A DNA stretch of 63,470 bases, the filler included, from Octopus bimaculoides (taxonomy: Eukaryota): the NCBI RefSeq assembly GCF_001194135.2. It is 10 parts of 9 records of this genome, joined end to end, with 100 filler letters (N's around TTAATTAATTAA, not from the genome) between each part and the next. Parts side by side here need not be neighbours in the genome. Positions count along the whole stretch, not along the records: positions 43,566 to 53,971 come from NC_068985.1; positions 54,072 to 57,402 come from NC_068988.1; positions 57,503 to 59,487 come from NC_068991.1; positions 59,588 to 60,986 come from NW_026406241.1; positions 61,087 to 63,470 come from NW_026366053.1; 5 more parts are not named here. The stretch is one strand, 5' to 3'. Below are positions 52,977-63,470 of this stretch, in pieces (within the stretch, counting starts at the first letter, position 1; each line of letters starts with the position of its first letter). The notes beneath the pieces are model-generated. The model did not search any database. It worked only from the letters and a program-made list of their open reading frames with translations, and was not told the origin of the DNA. A program made the translations under genes and the position numbers.

Positions 52977-53572
52977 GTAAGTGCTCATTTCCTCTCTAAT
53001 CTAATAAGTAGCTGCTACTGCTGCCGTTTTGTAGGTAATCCTGACATCAGCCAGTAGTACATTGCTCACCTGTTATCACTTCTATATTTTCTATAACTGA
53101 ATTTGCAACACTCTTAGCATCTCTGATACGTGTGTGTGTGTGTGTGTGTGTCATTATCATTTAAAGTGTGTACGTATGCAGTAATTTTACAGTTTGTAAA
53201 TAAAAGAGAAAGATAGTACTCAATATATAGTGCTGAGTTTGTTCAAATATAATGAAGACTTGGAAGCTACTTGAGTTTTAGACATGAAACTTGAATTGTG
53301 AGTAGGTACTCAGTTTATGTATGTGTGTATGTATATGCATGTATATGTATATATGTGTGTATGTGCGAACTATAGGCTACTTGAAATATGTTTGACATAT
53401 TTCAACTACCCTAAAGTTTGCATATGTCTAAATGCCGCTTGGCTCTACACTTAGATTCTTGGATCTTATAATTAACATATATATTTATATTTCATCTTTT
53501 ATTGTTTCACTCATTGTACTGCGGCTATGCTGGGGCTACATATGCATGTGTGAATCAGTATGAATATATCAA

Positions 53573-53870
53573 TATACTAGCCGTATAACCTGACCTTGTC
53601 CGGGTGTGACTTATTATGCCATCTACGATAAGTCTTGCTAGGTGAAAATCAACTAAAAAAGAAAGCCTTACAACGAAAAAACCCTTATGATGTAAATATG
53701 TTCATAATTCAAAAGACGATGAAATTAATAGGGAAAGTCTGAAGGCTGTTTTGCGTAAAATTATTAAGCATACGTAAATTTCATCCGTGTAATTGGCTAT
53801 AGAAATGCTTGTGCAAAACAACTTTTTGCGCTGCCCTGATTATACATAGCAGGGTAATCCCTTTTAGCAG
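53573..53870. mobile_element. Possible non-autonomous Helitron/Helentron-like element
   Basis: Starts tatactagccgtataacc(t)gaccttgtccggg (ACTAG plus short hairpin) and contains aaatttcatcc. No coding evidence. Confidence 0.3.
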
Positions 53871-54621
53871 GAGCTAAGACGGCAATTTCTGATGAAGCAA
53901 TTGCTGGTGATCTGTTGCTACACAGTTTTGCCAGAATTCTATCAGATTGGGCAGAAGATGTTGATGCACCANNNNNNNNNNNNNNNNNNNNNNNNNNNNN
54001 NNNNNNNNNNNNNNNTTAATTAATTAANNNNNNNNNNNNNNNNNNNNNNNNNNNNNNNNNNNNNNNNNNNNGCAGATAATCATACCTCCATATCCACAGT
54101 TTATATTTATGTACTGGTAGAATAGTTAGTTGGCTGTTATGTATGTATGTATGCGCGTGTGTGTGTGTATGTATGTATATGTATATGCACATGTATGTAG
54201 GCAAATGGATATGAAAGTAAACAGATAGACATACAGACGGATAAGTACATGGGTAATATGAACAGGCAAGCACACATACGCACATATACGCAAATGAAGA
54301 CGGGAAATATGACCATATACACACACGTACTTCACTTCACAAAAGAACACATTTGAAGATACGTCCACATATATGGAGATACATATCCATACATACAGAG
54401 ACAGTACATAGTTACAAACGGCCCCCACACACACTCAGACATGCACACATAAGGAGAGAGAAGTACATACACACATGCAAACACACACACATACATAAAA
54501 ACACAAACACATATATATATATATAACACAAATATATATATATGTATGTATGTATATATGTAAGTATATATGTATGTATGCATGTTCTTTTATATATATA
54601 CATACATATATATATATATAT

Positions 54622-57164
54622 TATTGTTATGACTTTTTCACAGTCTAATAAATCTATAATGTAAATTCGATGAATAATTTCATAAAAGTCTGGATACTAA
54701 CATTTATTTTGCTTTATTTGAAAAAAATGTCACCCCTAACTTAAGAAATCGATCACCGCTTTTAACCCGAATCATGCAAAATTCTAGGGGCAGTTTCATA
54801 GCCTGCTCAAATTTTTACCAAACTTGGTGTGCTGCCTCAATGCAATATAAAAATAGTATATCTAAAACAATCAACTTTCTCGTTGAAGTAGTTTCGGAGT
54901 TATGAGCTTTTAAAACTATAATCACTAGGTGTCACTACATTCACACTTCAGTATTTCCGCTGCCTAAATCCTTGTAAACGCAAGAGAGATGGGGAATACA
55001 TTTTAAAAATTACTGAATTGAAATTGCTCTATGCAAAGGTTCAAAACTAGGCTATTTTAAGACAGTGGCCTCTACAAGCATTCGGTAACATACAAAATTA
55101 AAAATAATACATATTTTTTACTTAATAGGTTTAATTCCAATTTTAAATAACTGTATAAGAAAAAGGGTGCTGAATGTTTGTAAATTTTTAAATATAACAA
55201 AGAATTGATATGTTTTGTTAGATAAAATATATCGAAGCTGAAGTTTCTCCTTTTTATAAACATTATAAAGATCTTGAAGGCACTTGATTGCCTGTTCTGA
55301 ATTCTGATTTGTTCTGGTAATTTCCAATTTTGATGGTTCTTGGCTCCAAAAGTTTTATTCAGAGTTCAATGCTTTTCTTCTGATAACTTCTGATAATCAT
55401 GTGCATTGAACATTTGGTCAGTAAACCAAAAATCTGCCCAGCTGTAAAAGATGAATCGACAAACATAGAGAAGTAAAACTCTTTTCTCTGGTAGAAGAAT
55501 AAACACTAAAAGAGGTAGTATTGCTCGAGAATTCCATCTTGCATTACTTAAGTTGGGTATATTTTGAAACTTTAGAGTAGGAAATTTGCCGGTTTCTTCA
55601 AAGAAACGAAACCCTCTGGTCAAATGAAATAGAAATTTCATGTCCTCTCGCCATCCTGCTGATTCAGTAATCTTTTCTTTATCATTATTATTGAAATTAG
55701 TCTGGAGTTTCTCGTAATTACTTAGAAGCTCTGGTATGAATGTATATTCAATATTGGGAGATGACTTTTCCCCCCAAGTTCGTTATCTATTACAACACGA
55801 AGAACTCTATCAAGAATATGATGCTGACAACCAATAAATTGCAGTTCTTTCAATGCCATTTCGTTTCTCAGCGTTCACACTCGTTGTATCAGCAACAATC
55901 ATCTTTACACAGTTCCATAAATTGTATTAATCTAAAATAGCTGTTATTCCTTCAGAACAGCATCGGCTTTTCCATTTGGTAATTAGAGTGCTTCAAACTT
56001 AACTTCTCTCTGTTCATTCTTTAAAACTAGCAGTCAGAATTCTTGGTCATCAATATGTTTACCATCAAAATGCAATGAACAGTTTTCTAAATGTTGCGTT
56101 TTCTTCATTTACTTTGATAGTCGATCTGTAAATACCAGATTGGGAAGGAGTCTCGACATTGATTCCATCTTGAGATAATTGTCGACAAACTGTTGGTGCT
56201 TTTTGGGTTGGTAGCTTGGAAGGTATTGCTAGTTTTGTTGCAGTTCCAGTTTTGTTACACTTCCTCTTTATTTGTGTGGATTCTTCATCTGATTTTTCAC
56301 TCTTTCAGTCTCTGCATCAGACGTTGACGATGACACTGGAGTTGCTCTGGTTGAAGTTGGCATTAAGGACACTTTTTTCTTTTGGATGGATAGTTCTGGA
56401 ACTGGCCGCCTTTCCAGTTGCATACCCAACCTGTCCCTTGCTTTCAATTTGAAGATAATATAACTGTCATTCACCACTCACCGAATGTCAAAAATTCCTT
56501 TCAATGTATCGTATTTTCTTCGTTATACACATTTATCGTAGGTATTCATCACTTTTTCTACTTTTGCTTGTATATTTTGAATTGATAAATATAGGAAATT
56601 TAATTTCTTTTGCCATAAAAATGTTGCTCCTTTCGAAATTTCCTTTGTTTTTTCTTTCTTTCCTTTGATTGTACCTGCAAGGAACAGGTAGCAACCAACA
56701 ATTTGAAGTTTCATTGGTATCCTGCAGTTGTCTTCTTTTCCTTTATGAGTCTTAAAATTGCACGAGATTCTTCGTCCAGATTTTTTCCGTTTTTTTGAAT
56801 GACACAAGCACTTCTTTTATGAGACATTATTTTAGATCTCTAGATGGATAAGCCTAAATGGTAACAAATTAAAAACTGTATAACTCCTAACCTACTTAAA
56901 CTTGAAAGCTGAAATTTTAGATATACTGTATTGCATTGAGTCAGCGCACTAAATTTGGTAAAATCTTGAGTAGGCATTATGAACTCCACTAGAATTTTGC
57001 ATGATTTGTGTCAGAAGTGGTTTTAGATTTCTTCAGATGGGCGTGACGTTTTTTTAAACAGAACTTTAAAAAAAAGGTAATTTACCCTACATATATGAAA
57101 TTGTTCATCAACTTTTGATACAGGAAATTGTTTACTTCCAAAAAATCAAAAAATCATAACCCTA
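54622..57164 (-). mobile_element. Near full-length decayed hAT-superfamily (hATm-like) DNA transposon with long imperfect TIRs
   Basis: Transposase relics CSLHFDGKH, VKMIVADTTSVN, FIGCQHHILDRVLR (CxxH) and ARWNSRAI. Termini TA(TT/GG)GTTATGA(C/T)TTTTT. Subterminal inverted blocks catgcaaaattctag..ctcaatgcaata..gtatatctaaaa at about 54774-54915 and 56865-57003. Confidence 0.85.
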
Positions 57165-57187
57165 ATATATATATTTATTTATACATA

Positions 57188-57352
57188 GGCGCAGGAGTGG
57201 CTGTGTGCTAAGTAGCTTTCTTACCAAACACATGGTTCCAGGTTCAGTCCCACTGTGTGGTACGTTGAGCTAAGCGTCTTCTACTCTAGCCTCGGCCTGA
57301 CCAAAGCCTTGTGAGTGGATTTGGTAGAAGGAAACTGAAAGAAGCTCGTCGT
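57188..57352 (+). mobile_element. tRNA-derived SINE with (GT)n tail
   Basis: ggcgcaggagtggctgtgtg..ggttcagtcccactg..gccttgtgagtggatttggtag..ggaaactgaaagaagc. Related fragments at about 14160-14280 and 34600-34675. Confidence 0.8.
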
Positions 57353-57402
<50 letters not shown>

Positions 57403-57727
57403 NNNNNNNNNNNNNNNNNNNNNNNNNNNNNNNNNNNNNNNNNNNNTTAATTAATTAANNNNNNNNNNNNNNNNNNNNNNNNNNNNNNNNNNNNNNNNNN
57501 NNAGAGTTCTCTTACTGTCAAACACTAACCTGGATAAATGAACGCTCGTTTGTCGACGTCCTCACCACTTTTCTCACCCAATCTAACTTCCTATGACATA
57601 TGTAAATACTATAGATCTACTTGACCAGAGCTTACCTGAGGCTAAAACACAAACAGAAACGTCAATCTAGCAGATCAAGGTGGTCCATAACTCCATAACA
57701 ATAACAAGAAAAATAAAGGAACTGAGA

Positions 57728-57950
57728 AAGAAGAAGAAGAAGAAGAAGAAGAAGAAGAAGAAGAAGAAGAAGAGGGAGAGGAAAAAGAAGAATTGGAAGA
57801 AGATGATGATGATGATGATGAAGAAGAAGAAAAAGAAAAAGATGATGAAGAAGAAGAAGAATAGGGAGAGGAAAAAGAAGAAGAGGAAGAGGATGATGAA
57901 GAAGAAAACGAGGAGGAGGAGGAAGAAGAAGAAGAGGCGGTGGAGGAGGA
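57728..57950. repeat. Purine-rich (GAA)/(GAT)/(GAG) microsatellite
   Basis: Long gaagaa run with an internally repeated agggagaggaaaaagaagaa block. Confidence 0.95.
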
Positions 57951-59277
57951 ATCATACATGCCTGACTGCCGATGTATGAATCGTTAGATTCATATATCGG
58001 CTGTCAAATTTCGGCAGTAAAGTCCAAACCAAATTAGATGCTCAGGCGGTGGAGTTCTAGAACCGTTGATGATGCACTCGTAATAACAAACTGCAGGGAA
58101 TTCATAAATTTCAGAAAAGAAAGCAAAAATATTGATAAAAGAAAGTAAAACTAAAACATTTATACATGAAATTTCGCCAAATCATAGTTGACAACTCCGT
58201 TCTGACATGCAAGATCAAATATGGGTAAGTCTTGGGTTCAGTTTGAGCCGTTAATTACCTAATCCTACCCCAGGCAATAAGTGACTGCGTGAAAAATCTA
58301 ACAAAGAAATTTAAAATTAATTACAGAAATATTATAATTTCCCATAGAAAATTTAAAAGTGATATCGGAATGTACTGAGTTTTTGTGTCTCGGGTCAACT
58401 ATTTACACTGCAAAGGAGTCGCTCCATTCCATTGCATGTAAACGATGTCGAAATACAAACATGTATCTCAGTATACATACTCGAAAATAAGGATATAACA
58501 AACACCATTAAATGTTGTTGGCGACGCAGCTTCAAAGACGTAGCCGTGATGGATGCGTCGAGTAACCTGATAAGCATGTATGTATGTATGTATGCATATA
58601 TGTATGTATGTATGTATGTATGAATGTATGTATGTGTGGATGTATGTATGCATGTATGTGTGTATGTATGTATATGTGCCTTAAGGTATATACGTCTGTG
58701 TGCGTGTGAATGTAGGTGCATGTTTATGCATGATGTATGTATATATAACTTTCCATTCATAAAAACATGCAAATTAACATATATACGTATTACACACGTT
58801 TTGCATGTGTCGGTGCGTAGCTACTAGATCCCTGTGTTTAAATGCACAATATGGAAATAACACTGCAGAATTACTCGACACTTGATGAAGCCACTATCCG
58901 ATGTTTTGTTATTTCTCACGGGAATCAAGATATTTTTCTGTTTGTAATTTGAAAAAGAAATATTTATTCTAACCGATTTTATTTAGCATAATTGTTGTAT
59001 ATAGTCTACTTAGATATCAATGTGTGTGCATACACACACATACATACATACATACATATATACATGCATGCATGCATGCGCGCGCGAGCGCACGTGCGTG
59101 TGTGTGTGTATGCGTATGCATGTTTACTTAGAAATTTCAAGATTACTGTATTTGATCTTCTCTACTTATCAGAGAAATCGAGACAGGCAACACACGACAT
59201 TATCGGATTTATCATTTCTTCTAGCAGTAGGAACGAATTATATCAAAGCACCTTCATATTGATATCTGATCGTTAAC

Positions 59278-59487
59278 TATTATTATTATTATTATTATTA
59301 TTATTTTATGTTTGACTTTTGTTTTGCATTTGTACAAGTTGGATCCAAGTCTCACCCAGAGACCTCAAGAGACAACAAGTTAGAAGTTCATGTAGGTGTT
59401 ATGCCTAGAGTACCATATATTTGGATTTGTACAGTTTTGTTCAAGTGAATGTTTAAGAAACCATAAGAAAATTATGTGTTTGCTTTA
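59278..59487 (-). mobile_element. Young 3' end of a LINE with a (TAA)n tail (R4/Dong-like by inference)
   Basis: Reverse strand ends ..caaaagtcaaacataaaa(taa)n. About 122 bp differ from the 63027-63150 copy at only 2 positions. Confidence 0.7.
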
Positions 59488-60109
59488 NNNNNNNNNNNNN
59501 NNNNNNNNNNNNNNNNNNNNNNNNNNNNNNNTTAATTAATTAANNNNNNNNNNNNNNNNNNNNNNNNNNNNNNNNNNNNNNNNNNNNTGGATGTGGCAGA
59601 CGGAATCTAAAAGATCGTATATACACATGTATATATACATACATAAATACAAGAAATATTTTTATTAACATGACTGTTGTTACTGTCGTCGTCATCGTTC
59701 TTCAGTTTCTTTATCGATTTCTGCTTTCACTTCATAATTGAGTGTATCTCTCTGTTCGTTTTCATGCACGAGGGATTGAGCATTGTAACTTTCTTGTACT
59801 TTGTAAATTTCTGCGTCTTTTGACGATCCGTTGTGTATATATGAAAACCTTTGACTCTTTGTTATTTGTTATTTGCAAGTTTCAATCATCTATCTCTCTA
59901 TGTATGTGTATATGTATGTATGTGTGTATGTATGTATGTATGTATGCATGCGTGTGTGTGTGTATGTATATATGTATGTACGTATGCATGCATGTATGTA
60001 TNNNNNNNNNNNNNNNNNNNNNNNNNNNNNNNNNNNNNNNNNNNNNNNNNNNNNNNNGTATGTATGTATGTATGTATGTATGCCTCTTTCTGTCTATCTA
60101 TCTCCTTCC

Positions 60110-60986
60110 AGGATACCTATTTCCAGGATACGAATTGCTTCTCTTACACTTGATACACTCTGATCAACTCTGTTTCCAGAAAGTTTATAGTTGGATAATA
60201 TATCTGTTTCATTTCATGATACATTTTTATCCCTGTGAATTGAGACATTGACTAGGGAACATTTCATGTTCTCGCTAGTCTTTCATAATAATATCTGGAT
60301 GAATTGCCTTAATCTTCGCTGACATCTCCCAGAGCGTTGCCAATCTGTTATTCACAGATATATTTTTTGATGCGTATTTCCATTACACATTTTCCATGAG
60401 TATACGTTAATAGTGATACACTGTCCATTTGATTCTCATCCATATTGCGACTTCTACTTTCTATTTCGGTTAACAGTGAGCAACCAGAGAAAATATAATG
60501 GATCACTTCTTCGCAGGACATATACTTTTCTGAAATTACTTTTCATTTGAAATTACGATTTGTTTCTAGTAGATGCTGAAAGATAGTACTCAACTTGTGA
60601 TTCACAGCAAAATATCGTTAGCATGACCATACTTTTCATGCAGGAAGATGAATTTGATCTTTAACCAGCTCGCAGTCATTATTACCCTTATTTCTATTGC
60701 TGTTATTTGTCCTGTTTCTGCTGGTGTACTTGTTCTTATTATTTACGCATCTATATGTGCTGGTTTTGTCTTTAATGAAATACTTGTGAGCTAAGGTAGT
60801 AGTTTCTTTTCAAGAACTTTGCGGAGACTCAATGCGATGTCACTTAATGTTGTTTGCTAGTTGTACTCTATTTTCATTTCCATTCCCCTCATTCCCAGGC
60901 ATTCTTAAATATTTTTTCTGCTTGTCTCTAGCTTCAACACACAATATGAATTTATCACATTCTGATTTTTGGTCACTTCTGTGCTT
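60110..60986 (-). mobile_element. Old R4/Dong-like LINE C-terminus (zinc knuckle plus restriction-like endonuclease)
   Basis: Decayed HKYFIKDK, EVIHYIFSGCSLL, TLWEM..KIKAIHPDIIMKD (PD..D motif), DKNVS*NETDILSNYK. Confidence 0.7.
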
Positions 60987-61129
60987 NNNNNNNNNNNNNN
61001 NNNNNNNNNNNNNNNNNNNNNNNNNNNNNNTTAATTAATTAANNNNNNNNNNNNNNNNNNNNNNNNNNNNNNNNNNNNNNNNNNNNCACAATGCAGATTA
61101 GCATAGTATTACATGTAAATCACCATCAT

Positions 61130-61320
61130 CATCATCATCACTTAACATTTGCCTTCCATGCAAGCATGGGTTGGATGGTTTAACAGGAGCCAGCCAAGTC
61201 GAAGACTACCCCAGGGTACTGTGTCTGTTTTGGCAGGGTTTTTATGGCTATATGCCCATACTAACACCAACCACTCCACAGAATGCACTAGTATTACATA
61301 TAAATAACATTATAAAATCT
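61130..61320 (-). mobile_element. 3' tail of a LINE/SINE ending in (GAT)n
   Basis: catcatcatcacttaacatttgccttccatgcaagcatgggttgga. Similar ends at about 46255 and 49760. Confidence 0.55.
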
Positions 61321-61735
61321 GCTCAGTGCTACAAATATATATTTGTATTTCACTCCAAGTGTGAAGTTCTTCAAGTTTTTATATATATATAGCACTTTGT
61401 TCCTCTGTTAATAGCACAATAGCGGATGAGAATGGATGACTGAAGTAATGCATGTCATACGCAGTTGCAGTGTTTTTGCAATTAAGTCAATAACAAGTGG
61501 AAGTCGGAGGAGGGGGCGGCAACAATTGAGCCACACATCTCACATGTATAAAGGATTAATAAATTAAATTTATCTCAGATGTATTATGCTGATGGACAGC
61601 TTTCAAACAGAAACTGGACAGTCTGCTTTAAAATGTTCTTGCCTAGTCACCTGTGACACTCAATGACTAAAACTATAGAGTACCCCTTTAACTTACTTGT
61701 CTACCTCTCAAAATACATGAGCACACACATGCACC

Positions 61736-61774
<39 letters not shown>

Positions 61775-62054
61775 CACAACTTATACACAGACTAATTCAC
61801 TCCCATACTCACACAAAATATATACAATTTTATATATATATATATATTCTCAGAAAAATCAATAATGAAAATTCACAGATACATTACAGGATAAATCGAA
61901 GAACAAAGAATGGCATAGCAGTTGCATGACCATCAATGAATAAAATTCCAAGTAGTGTAGCAAAAATAATGGCTCAGAACCACCCTCAAAAGGCCAAGAA
62001 TCTTATATCTTCACGATTCTTATAGAGTACTTATTATAAATAATAATAATTCTT

Positions 62055-62195
62055 TCTTCTAAAGGCACAAAGCCTGAAATTTGAGGGGAGGGGACTAGTC
62101 GATTACACTGACCCCAGTGTTTCACTGGTACTTAATTTATCAACCCCAAGAGTATGAAAGGCAAAGTCAACCTAAGTGGAATTTGAACTCTGGAC
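62055..62195 (-). mobile_element. Deu/Nin-core SINE fragment, CpG-decayed
   Basis: Collinear with 33908-34040. tcgacc changed to tgacc and cggcgg to aagtgg. Confidence 0.8.
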
Positions 62196-62721
62196 ATAGC
62201 AATACGCGAAATACCTTAATTATAATTATCATAATAATAAGGAAATTGTAGTATACAGTGCTTGGGTGCACCACAACTAAGAAAAAAATGGGGGTACTGT
62301 TGGCAAATTTCAGGAAGCATGGAAATGTTACTTGGCACACTACTTCACGAAAGTCACTGCTAGCTCTCACTGCAAATGCAACTGTGTGCTGCCATGCATT
62401 GGCATGCTATAAAACTAGTCCAGGAACTTTTTAATACCATCTTGTATATCTGCATGTGTATATGTGGGGAATGTACTGGAGTATCAGTTATTGGTTATAT
62501 AAGAGTATTTTATGACGATTATGTACAATATGTGCTGTGTGCATTATATGACATGTTTGCTTGATGATTCTGTAAAGTATGAGTTGTGTAAGTTTTTGTA
62601 TTTTATTGGGAGTGAATTATGCTATTGGACTGAAGAGGTCTTACATAAAATGTAGGTGGTGTCTAGCAGAGTTATTATATGTCTGTCTTAGTGTGTGTAG
62701 AGTTGGGATGTTATTATTATT

Positions 62722-62990
62722 GAAGGCACATAACTTAGTGGTTAGGGTGTAGCATTCATGATCTACTGATCACGGTTTCAATTCCTAGACCAGGCAGTGC
62801 ATTGTGTTCTTGAGCAAAGCACATCGTCTCATGTTTCTCTGTGATCACTTCGACACCTGCCGAGTAGTACACAGAGCACCTATCCAGATACTGTCGATTT
62901 GATGGCATGAGTGAGCTAATGTGTGGCACAAATATTTCATCTCTATAAACAAATCATTTGTGCAGGTCATTTAGCAAAAGCTGAATGCTC
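62722..62990 (+). mobile_element. tRNA-derived SINE
   Basis: ttagtggttagggtgtagc..ggtttcaattcctagacc..gtgttcttgagcaaagcac. Confidence 0.65.
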
Positions 62991-63004
62991 ATATATTGAG
63001 AGGC

Positions 63005-63161
63005 TATTATTATTATTATTATTATTATTTTATGTTTGACTTTTGTTTTGCATTTGTACAAGTTGGATCCAAGTCTCACCCAGAGACCTTAAGAGACAAC
63101 AAGTTAGAAGTTCATGTAGGTGTTATGCCTAGGGTACCATATATTTGGATTATTATTATTA

Positions 63162-63211
<50 letters not shown>
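63005..63211 (-). mobile_element. 5'-truncated LINE 3' end embedded in a (TTA)n microsatellite
   Basis: About 123-bp body (63027-63150) with TTA repeats on both sides. Near-identical to the 59300-59425 copy. Confidence 0.8.
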
Positions 63212-63214
<3 letters not shown>

Positions 63215-63470
63215 GTAATCGTTATCATTAAGACAGTGAGCTAGCTGAATCATTAGTGTTTCGCACAAAATGTTAAGTGGCATTTGTTGTTGCTGTCATG
63301 GTTGTCGTTACCCTAATTACCTCGGACACCTTGTCGAAGACTGAATATTCAAATTTTACTCGGGTCGAAATTCTAACCACCAATTCTTCATTGGCCAGCA
63401 AGAACTTCATTTAATCACAATTACTTAAGGTCTCTCGTTTGTGAAAAAAAAAATAGATAAAAAAAAAAAA

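Noticed and set aside
53871-53971. Open frames on both strands before the gap (AKTAISDEAIAGDLL.. and ILAKLCSNRSPAIASSEIAVLAP)
   Set aside because: Ambiguous between a plus-strand exon and a Helitron helicase relic, and truncated by the gap; not supportable.
57662-57979. Poly-K, poly-S and poly-L/P ORFs
   Set aside because: Products of the (GAA)n microsatellite; the same applies to poly-L/Y ORFs at 36563-36885.
60110-60986. Plus-strand TLR-like reading (NNIWMNC, hydrophobic ITLISIAVICPVSAGVLVLII)
   Set aside because: The minus strand matches R4/Dong zinc-knuckle and RLE motifs in the correct order, which explains the region better.

Overview
AT-rich, microsatellite-dense, gappy (about 6 kb of N) metazoan genomic window. 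The repeat repertoire points to a coleoid cephalopod, probably an Octopus assembly (inference). The one well-supported protein-coding feature is an intact 514-codon terminal exon on the minus strand (24969-23425) encoding an intracellular-type leucine-rich-repeat solenoid. Several decayed LRR-like segments lie upstream of it on the same strand. Weaker signals suggest a head-to-head gene pair around 41-42.6 kb, with a plus-strand 48-nt exon at 52929-52976 inside a CpG-depleted domain. Most other sequence is mobile DNA: R4/Dong-like RLE LINEs associated with (TAA)n tracts, RTE LINE relics, a Penelope GIY-YIG fragment, a near full-length decayed hAT-type transposon, piggyBac-like MITEs (one nested), several tRNA-derived SINE families, a roughly 710-bp palindrome and an interstitial telomeric tract. 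The most unusual sequence-level observation is a minimal type-I hammerhead-ribozyme-like fold with a variant core (CUGUUGA/CUGUGGA) in two copies of a short repeat. Almost all long ORFs in the supplied track are microsatellite or N-gap artefacts. I cannot demonstrate a new biological system from sequence alone.
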